Shown here: in pieces, positions 12,112 to 24,859 of the stretch | Position numbering within the stretch: position 1 is the first letter of the stretch | Layout of the letters: the number at the start of each line of letters is the position of its first letter | DNA from: Bugula neritina | Taxonomy: Eukaryota; Animalia; Bryozoa | Direction of reading: 5' to 3' | DNA: 64,000 nucleotides | Assembly: GCA_964035545.1 (NCBI GenBank) | Contig: OZ037765.1 | Location: 13,898,698 to 13,962,697 of the forward strand | The notes under the pieces: model-generated | Databases searched by the model: none | Seen by the model: only the letters and a program-made list of their open reading frames with translations | What the model was told of the DNA's origin: nothing | Translations under genes and position numbers: made by a program

Positions 12112-12942
12112 AGTAACCAAACTACTTTGGAATGCTTGTGCTCAATTCTGCAAATATATGTGACTGCACCAAAAGCTCTTATTTTAAATCTGCAAAAACC
12201 ATTTTTATTGTTTTTTTTATTATTTATATTGTTATTTCCAATGCTATGAGCCCAAGTTTAATTTTGACAGCAACACTGTGCCATGCCTTGCACAAACTTT
12301 AGTTGAAACAAACAAATTTTTGTATTAATCATATTTAATTTGTTCAATTAGCAGTTTACAAAATAAAATACATTAGACTCTGCAATTCCAAATGTCTGAT
12401 CTGAAACTATCTTACCTGAACTGCTCAAGTTTTATTGAATGTTTTATTATACACATTTTGTATCTACTGCAGCTATGTTAATTCAATAAACAACTCTAAC
12501 TCTTATGATATTATGTGCAAGTTTATTATCAGGCAGATCAAAAGCTTCATGTAGATTATAGTTAGAACTCCATTGGTATGAATTAGGTTTTGAGATTAGC
12601 ATTTCTCATACAATTAGAAGCTCTCTCAAAATTTTATGTTGACCGTGCAAAAATAAATTTTTCAAGTTGCTAACCATAACTGTAAAAATTAATAAAACCG
12701 ACTTGCTAGATAAAATTATTGTGCTACCTATTTGAAAAAACATCCAAGAACAAATTTTTGTAATATATTTTATTTTTAGTGAAAATTATTGATCTTGACA
12801 AAAAAAGACATTTGGATAAACATTCCAAAACTAAAGTTAGTACTTCGTATCGCAGATTCTTAGCTAATATTAAGGTTATACAGTCACTGAGATGAAAGTG
12901 GAGATTTGTTGATCTAATACATAAAAGCTTGCATAGAATACT

Positions 12943-14297
12943 TTACCAATGGTCAATAAAACGAAGGTAACTTTTACCAGTGTGAAGAAACATTACTCCA
13001 CTAAGTAACCCAATAAGTACTTTGATTTGATGACCAAAGCATTCCTGATTGCTCATCACACTTCGAATTAAAGCCCAACTTAAATGTGAAGCAGCAAGAA
13101 AGAATGTGCTGGTAAAAGCAGGATAAATGATTCTTTGGAAGGAGCCAGCATGTCGTATATGTCTTCTACCATAAATGTAGCAACTAATTCCAGCCCAAGA
13201 ACCAAACGCCAACCAGTTGGAGACCTGAACAGCTCTGTATTCTGAACCAAACCACCTGCACAGCAATAACAATGCAACATAGTATAGCTGTTGTGCTGTA
13301 CCACATCATATTAAATGTGTATATAACTGAACCATATGACATTGTGATTGGTAGAGGTTATGTAATCTCATGTAACTGCGTGTTAAGTTGCAGTTTTGGT
13401 TTTCTGTCTACACAGTGATGCTATAATGTCAGTGTATACTTAGCTTTTGCTATAATGTTATCTGATTGAAAGAAAACTATTAATAAGGCAGTTATTTAAA
13501 GTGTGTTATAGCAAAACTGTCATGATAATTAGCCTAGCTAGTTGCATGTGTTTGGATATGGGTACGGTGCACTAGTATTACTGAGGATTCTGCAGCTATG
13601 GTGTTTTCAACATGCCTAGTGTGCGTGGCCTTCTGTTACTGTTATTGCTCAGGTAGAGCATGAGTCAGTACCAGTTATTTTTGACACAGCCTGCTTGGCT
13701 GCTCAGCTAAGTTTTTGATAGTAAGAAAGACACATGTATGACATCAGTACTCCCAACTCAGTATAGTAAAGTAGTTACTTTTTGTAGTAAATAAATAGTT
13801 AGACATTGTATATTAAGAGATAAACAACCATAAACTTTAAAACAGCTCATACCTACGTCTATACAAATAAAACAATCTATAAAGTGGTAAACAATAACTT
13901 GGAATCAAGCTTTGTGATTCTCATTCTTTTAGACACAGTAGCTAAATGACTCAATTAGCCAACTTTTTATTACTGAAATTCCAAACTATTGGCTACTGCT
14001 AATAATTGCATGTGACTATAAACTGCATCATGTTTGTAATATCTCTATAACTACAACAATGCACTCTATTATATTATTATCATGACATAATATATTGAGC
14101 ATACAAACTTACTGTGAGAAAGTTTCATCTGCAGCAAGTGTTCCTAGAGAAGAACAAAGGTATGCAGCTGCTCCTGCTACTGGAATAGCTCGGAAGCTAA
14201 TCAAGTCATCTGATGAGAAAAAGCTTATGCTTTTCTTGACAACAGGAGGTGGACACTTGTAATTAGCTGGAAAAATCATCTTGGGGTTTGGCTCCAT
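12943..14297 (-). CDS. Uncharacterised multi-pass membrane protein, copy A (165 aa; exons 14297-14113, 13255-12943)
   Basis: GT-AG phase-2 intron joins ...DETFSQ to WFGSEY...GRRHIRHAGSFQRIIYP...SYLRFIDHW*; clear paralogue at 60406-61922 with the same intron. Confidence 0.85.
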
Positions 14298-16499
14298 TGC
14301 TAGCTTTAAAGTACTCACTTTAACTTATTTGTGTTTTTCAAAATGTAGCCGAAAATTCAAAAAATTCAAATATTTCCAAATACTTAAAAATGTATTTGAT
14401 TTTTAATATTCAGTCATTCTAAAAATGTTAACTAAATAATTGCATAATTTAATAATGATATGGGTTTTGTTCTAAATATAGAGCAATGAAAAACATTTGA
14501 TTACTAACAAGAAATTTAGTTTTCTATGCAAATCTTAAAAGCTAAATCATTGGTCAAAATTGTGAGCCATTTTGCATGGCATATTCATATCTGCTTTTTT
14601 GTATATGTGCTATACCATTACAAAACAATTATTTTTTATTGGTTAAAGTATATGCAGAGTGAATTTTTAGTTGAAAAGCTAGTTCAACACATATTTAGTT
14701 AAATGATTTACTACAATGCTCCAAGCTCATTAGTTTTGCTTCCTTTGCATGTTTAATGTTGACAACATATTATGGCTAAAGTCAACTTTTTTCTAAATAT
14801 TTTTAAAACTCTTGCACTAAGTAATAAATAACTAAGATGATAGATTATAGCAGTTGGATATATTTGAGATATTTTTGTTTTCAAAAATGTTACACAATTT
14901 AAGCTATAAGGCCTGTTACCAATAACACTAAAATCAATTAATATTGATATTATATAGGCTATAAAATTGCCGATAGAATCCATTAAAGCTAGTGTTAATT
15001 TGTATAGCTATATTAATATATTATAATTAGTTAAATTATGCTTTCAGTGTGTTGTATATGTGTTTTTATGCTGTTCACATAATGAGAAGATAGGTGTAAG
15101 TAAAACATCAGTTTTTATTAAATCTTATATAGCCTAGGTTTTTGAACATTAATCTTATTCTCTGATTACAGAATTTGGTTTGCTTGGCAACCATGCATTA
15201 TTTATATATGCTCCTCTGTAAGCAATATAATCTAAAGGCTAAACAAAAATAATTATATGTTTAGTGAACATGAAATAACCTAAAATCCAGATAAATGTTG
15301 TTGACAGTTTAATTTACTTAATACTAAAATCTTATGCCGTTATATAGCAAAAGTTATAGTGGCAAAAAATAGCAAACAGGTAAAACATAGATGAAGCCAC
15401 AAACAATTATTATTATTATTATTATTTATGTCAAGATGTGATTTTACAGATAACTAATTTGGCTAAAATTTTCTGAAATAAAAAGCATAATGGATATGGA
15501 AAATGCCAATGAGTTACTCTGGCCAGCCACTTCATTGCCAATCTACCATGCTAACCTCCACAGATGATTGCATTTTGCCTTGAGAGTTAAGGTAATTCTT
15601 CGTTTGTGCAAATCAGTTAGTTGCAGGTCTATTGTAAGTCCTGCCAATGGTGTTATTTTTTAATTATATAGGAATCAATTTTCACCTGTTTTAGATTAAA
15701 TATAGCAAAAAGAACATTATTAAAAGCTCAAGGCTTGAACTATGGTTCACTAACTTTAAAAACATGTAACTTGAAATATGAATTTTATTACAATTAACTT
15801 GATAGGTTTAAAAGCTACAATAAAAGGGAATGCTGGCTATGATATCTTTATAGTAGTTTAGGTCTTCAGCTAATAACAAACTTCTTTTCAAGTACAATTA
15901 ATATTGAGACATTATTTTACAACTTTGTAAATATCGCACCAAACCTATAGTGTCCTTTGATCACTAAAAAATGGCATCATGATTTTCATGAAACATGCGT
16001 AAATCATTAAAAAATATCTTTCTTCATAGCCCTTACCTTATAAAAGATTAATCAAAATTATTAATATCTATCACTATACCAATTGCACATGTACATATAT
16101 AAATAAATGCATTAAACTATAATTACTGTTTTATATTTGTAGGTACAACCATTTATTTATTATTTAATTAATTGTTTAAGAATTAATCTATTAAAAAATC
16201 TTTCAATATAATAATATTATGACAACAAACTTGCTAAATTTAAGAGTTTTCTACCCTAACAGTATTATTATATAAGGTAGCTTTGTAGTGTTGTCTTATT
16301 TATTGAATCGATTGAATTTAGAAAAAACCTTGACCTTCAACCTTGCAAAGAGACATGTTGAGTGTTCAGCTAATGCTATATAATTACTTCAGCCACTCCC
16401 ATTCAATGATTTTAATTCGATTTTATGCTTATTTTTACTATTTAATTTTATTATCTTTTGACGATATCCCAACTACTAAGTTGTAGATTTTAGATATAT

Positions 16500-17500
16500 G
16501 ATAATGATCAGGATATAATATTAATAGTAGTATCAAATTTAATGTATCATATTCGTTGTGATTGTTATTCAGTGTGAGTGTTATACTAATAGTAATAGTA
16601 ATACTTATACTTATAGTTATACTTATAGTTAATAAGTTATAGTTATAGATTAACTTATACACTTACAGTTATACTTATCGGTTATAGTAATTCAGTTATA
16701 CTTATTTTTATTGTATTTGCATGGGGTTGAGTTTCACCATCATTCCATCATTATCACTATGATTATGATACTCATACTGATAGTGATGGTGAATGAATCT
16801 CAATCCGGACCCCATACATTATGATTAAGGGATTAACTTTAATATTACTATCAGTACGCTATGACTATGAGTATAACTATAAGTATTGCTATCAGTATGA
16901 GCAAGTCGATCAGTGTTGAGTATTCACTTTCAGTTTCAGTAGTACTGGTAGAAGTAGTACTAGTAATACTACTACTACTAGTAGTATTAGTAGCCTGTAC
17001 TCAGTAGTAGTAGTAGTAGTACTACTACTGGTACTAGTAGCTAGTAAGACACTAGTACTAGTAGTTACACTTAATCTCACAGTTACACTTAGTACTACTG
17101 TTAGTGTTGCTTTAAAGTTAGACTCACTGTTTTAAATTGACGAGAATTAAACGGGTAACAGTCGTTGTGAAGTGTAATGACTAATAAATAAATGCTAAAT
17201 TTGATATCCCATCGTCAATACTGTTAGTAAAACTTAATGTAATAGTAGTAGTAATAGTAGTAGTAATAGTAATGCTAATACTAACTACAATGTATAATAC
17301 TAGTAGTACTAGGTCTAGTAATAGTACCAGAAGTCATTAATATTCACCACAGTAAATAATAGGTTAGGGTAGGTTTGTGAAATATCAATAGGAATGACAA
17401 TACGATTATATCAGCATCAATATGGGTATCAATATGACTATGACAATTATATTATATGGGATATGGATATGACAACATCAAAATCAAAATCAAAACAATC
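16500..17500. repeat. Low-complexity AGT/ACT/AAT tract between divergent genes
   Basis: Runs such as tagtagtagtagtactactact and atacttatagtt. Confidence 0.7.
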
Positions 17501-17852
17501 AGCACAGTAATTTTTTCAAACTTAATTATTGGCATTTGGCTTTATTTATTTTCAGTATTTAAGTGCAGCCAGCCAGCCAGCCAACCAGGCGCCTAACATA
17601 ATGATTTCACCCATGTCAGTGTAGAAGGCATAATATAATGTTGCCATTGCTAGTTATAAAAATCATCACATTTATGTTCACGTGCATTTTTTTACTTTAA
17701 AACTGTAATTAAAATCATTAAAAAAAACAAAAGACTAACAACGTATCAATATGTATTACTATGTTTGTTTTTATTAGTAGAAGTAGTACTTATAGAGATA
17801 CCTACATGTTTTTAACTTTTTACTTTTTAGGTGAATGCGGACTTTGTGAAAG

Positions 17853-20800
17853 ATGTCTCAAATACAGCAGTTCTTTGCTAACCGATCTATTTTCATCACG
17901 GGTTTTACAGGGTTTCTTGGCAAACTAGTTGTATCGAAAATTCTTACATCCTGTCCAGATATTGAATTTATTTATATTCTAATCAGAAAGAAATCTTACC
18001 ATGATGTCCATGACCGATTGACTCGAATCTTGGAGAGTAAAGTAATACATTTAACTATTAGCAAAATCTAATTTAAAATAATACAATATTCCAAATTTAA
18101 TTAATAATAATTATATGTGATTTTGTACATTCGTTTAATTTTCCTTAAGTATTTTTTGCCCGTTGCTACTGTATTTTGATTAATTTATTTTTGTATTATA
18201 ACAATAATAGCGAATGTTTGTAATTAGTGTTGTTGTAGCTGCTTTTTATAATTTCACTTGAAGGTTTTCAGTAAGTTAAAAGAAGGAAACAGTGATTTCC
18301 ATGAAAAGTTAGTTCCTTTAGAGGGAGATGTAAGAGAGCATGACCTCGGCCTCAATGCTGAGGATAAAGAAACTTTAATAAACCAAACATCTATTGTGAT
18401 TCACCTTGCTCAAGTGTCCAACTGTGACTCTAATCTAAAGTAAGTGGACACACTTTCTAAGTTCCAAAGTAGTAATCATATTTACATGCCAGTTATATTT
18501 CATTTTTTGGAAGCACAGCAAGGCATATGTAGGTATGAGCGAATGGAGAGAGAAAGAGATGCTAGTATTTTTAGTTGGTTTGATGGTGAAATTATTCACT
18601 TATACCAATATATAGATAGGGGAATTTTTAATTTCAGTCAACATGGGTATATGGCTTGATCATCAGCTAGAATTTAACTTTCTGTTTGTAAAAGCCCTAT
18701 GCTATAAACCATATATAATGGGATTTTTTTGTATATTTTCTTCTGTTTTTATATATCTTCTCACTTTACTACTATTGTTTATACATTTATTGTTGCAACA
18801 CATTAATTTTTTTGCGATATTAGATAAGTATTATATTTAATGTATTAAGCCAATCTTCTTTGCAGTAGTGATAATTCTCTGATATTTACAGAGATGCTCT
18901 AGAAGTGAATGTAAATGGGACAAGATTTGTATTTGAATTAGCAAAGCAAATGAAACAGTTGATATCTCTAGTGCACCTGTCCTCTGTCTACTCCAACTGT
19001 AACCATCCCACTATCAGTGAGATGATTTACCAACCAGCCTATCACCCTAATAAACTGTTAGGAGCTAGCGAGTAAGTTGCTTTCTGTAACCTCTTACATA
19101 CATGACTTTCCTAGTTTCTTGGGTGCTATTTTTGTTGAGATGTCAATTTTTAATAATCGATTTGTAACGACTACTAATAAAGTATGTTTGGTTGAGTTTT
19201 ATGTGTAACAATATGACTAGACTGGTCAACTGGCATATGAAATATAAGAATTAAAGTAAACTTGGTTTTAGCTGGTGTCTTTTATAATTGAGTATTATTG
19301 GCAAGTTATTGCAGATTATATTGAATTCAGGTGGCTATCTGATGCAGTGTTCAAGGATATAGAAGGCTACTTGATGAAAGGCTTTGCTAACTCCTTTACA
19401 TACACCAAGTCACTGAGTGAGTTCATCATACAGGAGCAGTTCTCAGACCTACCTGTCTCTATTGTAAGACCAGCTATTATAGGCTCAACATGGCACGAAC
19501 CTTTTCAGGTAATATATTAGGAATGCTGTATTTTATTTCAAATGTGTGTTGCCTTTTAGTATTAATTCTGTTTGAAAAAATAATGTGCTTCATTAACTTG
19601 CCTGTTTTAATTTTATGTAAACAAACTTATAATATATGTAGGCATTTATTATAAGTTTGTTTGAAGTGTGATGCATACATTGACAATCGAGGGTAATAAA
19701 CATAGAAATAATTACTTGTGTTGATTACATTAATAGAACAAATATTATTTGTATGGGAACACTTTTACAACAAGCTTCGAGTCTTTTAAAACTATTCTGT
19801 TGATAACTAATTTTTTCATGTTTCAATGTTGCTAGCTATTAATAAATATGAAAGGATTTAAGGTTAATCACCAGCAATCAAATTTTTGTGGCAACTAATT
19901 TGCTGTTTCTTTCACTCTTATTGTTGTGTATTTGTAGGACTGGATAGACAGTAACACTGGTGTGGTCCCGATATTAATTGCAGTAAGTGATATGTTTTTA
20001 CAAACTACTATAACTAAAAGTTTAGTCTGCAAAAGATTGAATTATAAAATCAAACGTGTTTTTTTTTCACCGATTTTTTCAATATTTCACCAGTTGTTAG
20101 CTTAATATATGCAGTTATGTGTGACAAATTAACTTTTAGGCAGAGGTTTTTTGTGCACTTGAATCGTGAAACCATTTTAGTCATTAAAAGTGTTAGTATA
20201 GATCACATCAAATTATTTCATGTCAGAAAGGATACACGCGTACATGTGGTGTGTGTTCCCGAAATAGCATATTTATATGAATTAATTTTTAGTCTGGCAA
20301 AGGTCATTTGCGGGTACTCAAAGGAAACCCGAAGTCAACTGCAGAGTTAATACCAGCTGATTGTGTTGTGAATACACTAATAGCCACTGCCTGGTATCGG
20401 ACTTTGTTGGTTGATGAGATGGGAACATCTTTAGTTCGGGTTTACAACGTAACTAATAATGCTAATCGAAGACTAACTTGGCAGTTTCTTGGTAAAAACA
20501 ATCTATAATTACTTTAATTTTCTGGCATATCAGTTTTAAATTTGTTTCAACAATATTTTATTTGCAATAATGTAATTAGTTTCCAGTTGATTTCACCAGC
20601 TCTGTAATAAGCAAACGCAACTTATTTTTATATTAATTTGTTATTATTATTAATATTACAATTTTTTTCACATTTTATGTAAAATAGATACAGTATGTTA
20701 TATGGTATTTTCAGAGTATGTAATGTATGGTTATTTTATATCTTTTGTAGAACAAATAGTTTGTTCCAGTTTCCGAAAGAACCCTTTGAACAGTGTCATT

Positions 20801-22820
20801 AGGATTCCAGAAGCGTCAATGACTAGTAATAGGTAAATTTATTGTAAAAATGTTATAAGCCTGAGTTATGCTTTGGTATAAGCAGGTGGCTCAGCAGTAG
20901 CAAACACTGCAATCTACTTTTATGCAAATTGTATGAGACCAGGTTAAAGCACTGGCTTAGAGCACAGGTCATGGATCCCTGGTCAGTGATGCTAGAAAAG
21001 CATCCGATCATAATTGCTCCTTTGACACAGTAAAAGCCCTCAAATCATGCTGCCAGCATGGTAAGAGGCACAGTCCTTAGTCTTTTTAAAAACCCTTATT
21101 ATTGGAAGTTCTCACAATAATAAAAAAGTACAGATTTTTTATTTTGTTGTCGATTGATGTTTTGCTTTGAATTTTTACTGATGTGCAAATACAGTAGCTT
21201 GTGATAGTACTGACCTGATTCATCATCTATCGTTATTTCACAAGCCGTCTGTTATGTTCAACATAGAAGGGGTAGTCCATTGATAGTTATCAGGCTATGA
21301 ATATTGTAGTCTAGTCTATACAGTGAAAAACGGACTGTTTCATGTTCTGCCAGCATATGGAGCTGATATCATCAACCTTCTCCTTGGAAGGTCTCCATGG
21401 TGAGTGATCTGCTGAGGATATACTTATAAATGTTGTACCTTCACCTTTTATACAAGTTTTATAACATGCATACGTGATATGAAACTGTCCATTTCAGCTA
21501 TTGCTGCCCTTTTAAATGGCGAGTGTAAATGTTTTTAGGATAGGGATAGTTATAGAATGTGTGATTATATAAATTATTGGAAGTGTCAAGTTTCTGATGA
21601 CCTATTGAAAGTTTGATTTCTTTATTAAAGCGAAAGTTGTATTTTAAAATATATTGTTTCAAATAATTGAGAGATTTTGCAAACTTGATTTATATTTTGA
21701 ATGTATGTTTTAAAGTTTTTATTCATCAAATCCGCCACCATGCTGGCAGCGTCTAAAGCTGCACTGATATCGACAAATAGGTGTTCTATTATTGTAGTAA
21801 AACAGCTTAACTGGGCCACTCTATTACCAGAGTACTCCTAGTTAATCAGGTACATGCATGCAGTGTACAACTATACTTGATCGTATGCTTTATTTTTTAT
21901 ATTGGTTATACTAGTTGAAATATTTAAACAATTTTTTTACAGTTATGTCGCCACTATGGATAAGTTCCTAAAGTTGTTAAACTCCATTCAGTTCTTTACA
22001 TGCAGAGATTGGAAGATTGACAACAGCAATTATAAGGAGTTGATGTCTAAACTGAGCTCAGTAGACAAAAAGGTAATAACTTTAAATTTGCAAACAAGAG
22101 TGACCATTTAATAACACTGAAACTTTAAGTTAAATACTTTCATAATTACATTTACTCTGACAATTTCTTTATTTTATGATTTAATTTTTGTATGTTTTGA
22201 TTTTCAAAGTTTTTATTGTATTTCATTTTAATATGCTAAGACAATGCTAAATACTAGTTGCTGCTACTGATTGCCAACAAATGGTGGTTTAATAAAAGTG
22301 ATGTTTTGAAGATGTTTGGGATAGATACATCATGTACTCACTGGCCAACCTACATAGAAGGTCTGTGCATGGGAGTCAAGCAACATGTTGTGCAAGAATC
22401 CCTTTCAGATCTTCCCGCTGCTAGAGTGTCAATAAATAGGTAAGACATTCTGAAGTGTTATATTTAACCTAAAAACGCATTTTGGGTGATGAGATAAACA
22501 ATGTGTATATTATGTGTTTAAACTAAGCTTGCTTTATTATGTGAAAGTCTCTGAATTAAAAATGGCTTTATATAACAATATATCAAAACCTTTCTCATGA
22601 GATATAGACAACATTATTATTCAACGTCATGCTCTATTATATATGCCTTTCTAGAATTCGATGGTCAAACAGATTCTGGAATGTCGTGATCTTTCTCATC
22701 ATAATTCGACTGGCAAGTACAAGACTGCAATGGGCTAAGAAAATCTGGACTGTTATCTTGAAATTAGCCCTGTATATTTATGGCAAGATACCCAAGATGG
22801 CAAAAATGAGCAACCAGTAA
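17853..22820 (+). CDS. FAR1: Fatty acyl-CoA reductase family protein (11 coding exons: 17853-18041, 18264-18439, 18892-19071, 19331-19508, 19938-19982, 20293-20491, 20751-20832, 21310-21399, 21943-22072, 22312-22439, 22655-22820)
   Basis: ITGFTGFLGK Rossmann motif, VNVNGT, IVRPAIIGSTWHEPF, LIPADCVVN, C-terminal sterile-type domain and hydrophobic tail; all junctions GT-AG and in frame; symbol denotes family, orthology not established. Confidence 0.92.
20881..21085 (+). mobile_element. Divergent SINE related to the local SINE family (FAR intron 7)
   Basis: A-box-like GTGGCTCAGCAGTAG head and core GTGATGCTAGAAAAGCATCCGATCATAATTGCTCC, plus AGTCCTTAG also seen in the other copies. Confidence 0.55.
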
Positions 22821-22864
22821 GAAAGTAAAATCACAGGTGATTCCTTTCTTTGCTTCACTTCGCA

Positions 22865-24087
22865 TCAATGTCCTCTCAGGTAGTAATCTATCACAGTGGA
22901 GAAGGCAGCAAAACCAGCAGCACCCAAGATTCCAGCTTGGGGTCCAGCTGCAAATTGAACATGACTGATCTTAGTATAATTTATAATAAATTATGTTTAT
23001 GTAACATTGGTGGTTGATAATCATGCATTTAATTTTAATATTGATTAATTTTTATGTTCTGTTTGATTATATTTTCAACATTAGAGAACAAAATAAATTA
23101 TGGTGCCAGTTGAATTATTTGTACTTATCATACCTCTAAAGCCAAGGATGCCACCAGTTATAGCTCCTGATATAGTTCCATTTGCTAGCTCACACTTTCC
23201 TCTGTACTAAAACACAATACCAAAGACAGTGGAGTCATCTGTGAATTGCTGCAATTAAGAAACTGGCTGAAATCAGCTCTAAAAATGGCTGATGAGCCAC
23301 CCGGCTTTTCATATTGCTCATCATAAATGTGATAATACAAATCTAAGAAATAAGTTCAAGAATAAAGTAATTTTTGCACAGATATTTTAAAGCACCATAT
23401 ATATACTCACACTTTCAACCATGCATTCGATTCCTGCAAACATCATTCCAACAACTGCAAAGTTTTTGCCATAGGACATTGATCGAGCTCTCATTTCTTT
23501 TAAATATGCTCTAGTTGACGGTGGTTGAGCATCAGCAGTAGCATATGTAGACATTGGATCTATACTTGCAGTAAACACTCCAAATATAACACCTATACCA
23601 AAACCTGCAACAGCAATCACTTAGATGCTATACACCAGTATATGATATAACTAATAACTGAAAATAGGATTTAAATCAGGTTAATAAAATTTTCTTAGAT
23701 AAAATTATCTTAATATATTTGCAGAAGCTGCATCTTAACTGATAAAATTAGTGTTTTCTAGGATAAAAACTAACAAGATGATATTTTTTCATTAAATTGA
23801 AGCATAATTAAGTGATTATAATCAGAGAAAGTTAAAGTTTCTACTACCATAACCAACTGCATACCTGCAACACAACTTAGAGCAGATTTAAAAGCACAAC
23901 TTTCAAACGCAGCTTGAACCATTAATTCTTCTTTTGGGCGAGAATTCTTTATCATTGTCCAAGTTTGAATATATCTAGGTGTACGCTGTTTATCTTCCCC
24001 TATAAGTTTTTGCATTACAACGTCAAAGTCCTCAGATTTCAGTTGCTTCACATAATCTTGATCATCAAGTTTCGAAGTCTGGTCCAT
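22865..24087 (-). CDS. TIMM22: Mitochondrial import inner membrane translocase subunit Tim22 (exons 24087-23865, 23604-23411, 23206-23134, 22947-22865)
   Basis: AFESCAFKSALSCVAGFGIGVIFGVFTASID, SYGKNFAVVGMMFAGIECMVESYRGK, GFRAGPQAGILGAAGFAAFSTVIDYYLR are Tim22 hallmarks. Confidence 0.96.
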
Positions 24088-24859
24088 TTCTTCTGAATTC
24101 ACTAAAAATCACACAAAAGCTTAAAAATGCTGAGTAAAGCTAACATCATGTTGTAGATGTTCCAGTGCCAATCAGCAATGGATTGGGAAGAAAAAGTATA
24201 CAAAAATGTCATGGCAAACAACGATGCTATTGTGAGCATCTTCCATGACCTAGATTAAATCTCAACGCGAATGACTGCATGGCATGACTACAACCAGAAA
24301 ATAACTCCCCATTCTCTTTTGAACTAATACAAATAAAACTTTAATAAAGCAAAGACAAAACTGATGATTAAATAAAGTTGACACACGTTTTTATTGATAA
24401 TAAAAAAGGAATAATTTCACAAATTATAATGTGTAAAACTATAAAACCTGACAAGAGTAGATTTGTAAGACCAAGTAACAAGATTCTACTCAAACGAATA
24501 CTACATGCAGCACTTTACTGCAATTACACTCTAAACATGTAAAACTAATCTGAATAAAATATATGTAGAATTATAAAGGCACAACATTGGCATTAAGGCA
24601 AGAAGTACTTACTACTTTAACTAATATAATTATACTGCACACAATCAATGCGCAAATAGACTTTCCATAACAAAATAGAAATTTGCTTTGCAAAGCTATT
24701 TTTCAAATATCACAAAATTTAAAAACCACCACAGAAAATACATCAATTTGAAATTGGATGTTTTAAAAAAATTATTCAATAAAATAAATCATTTAATAAG
24801 GAATATAACCACCATGAAAAATTGTAACAGGCAGTAATAAACTAAAAATAGCTGTTAAA

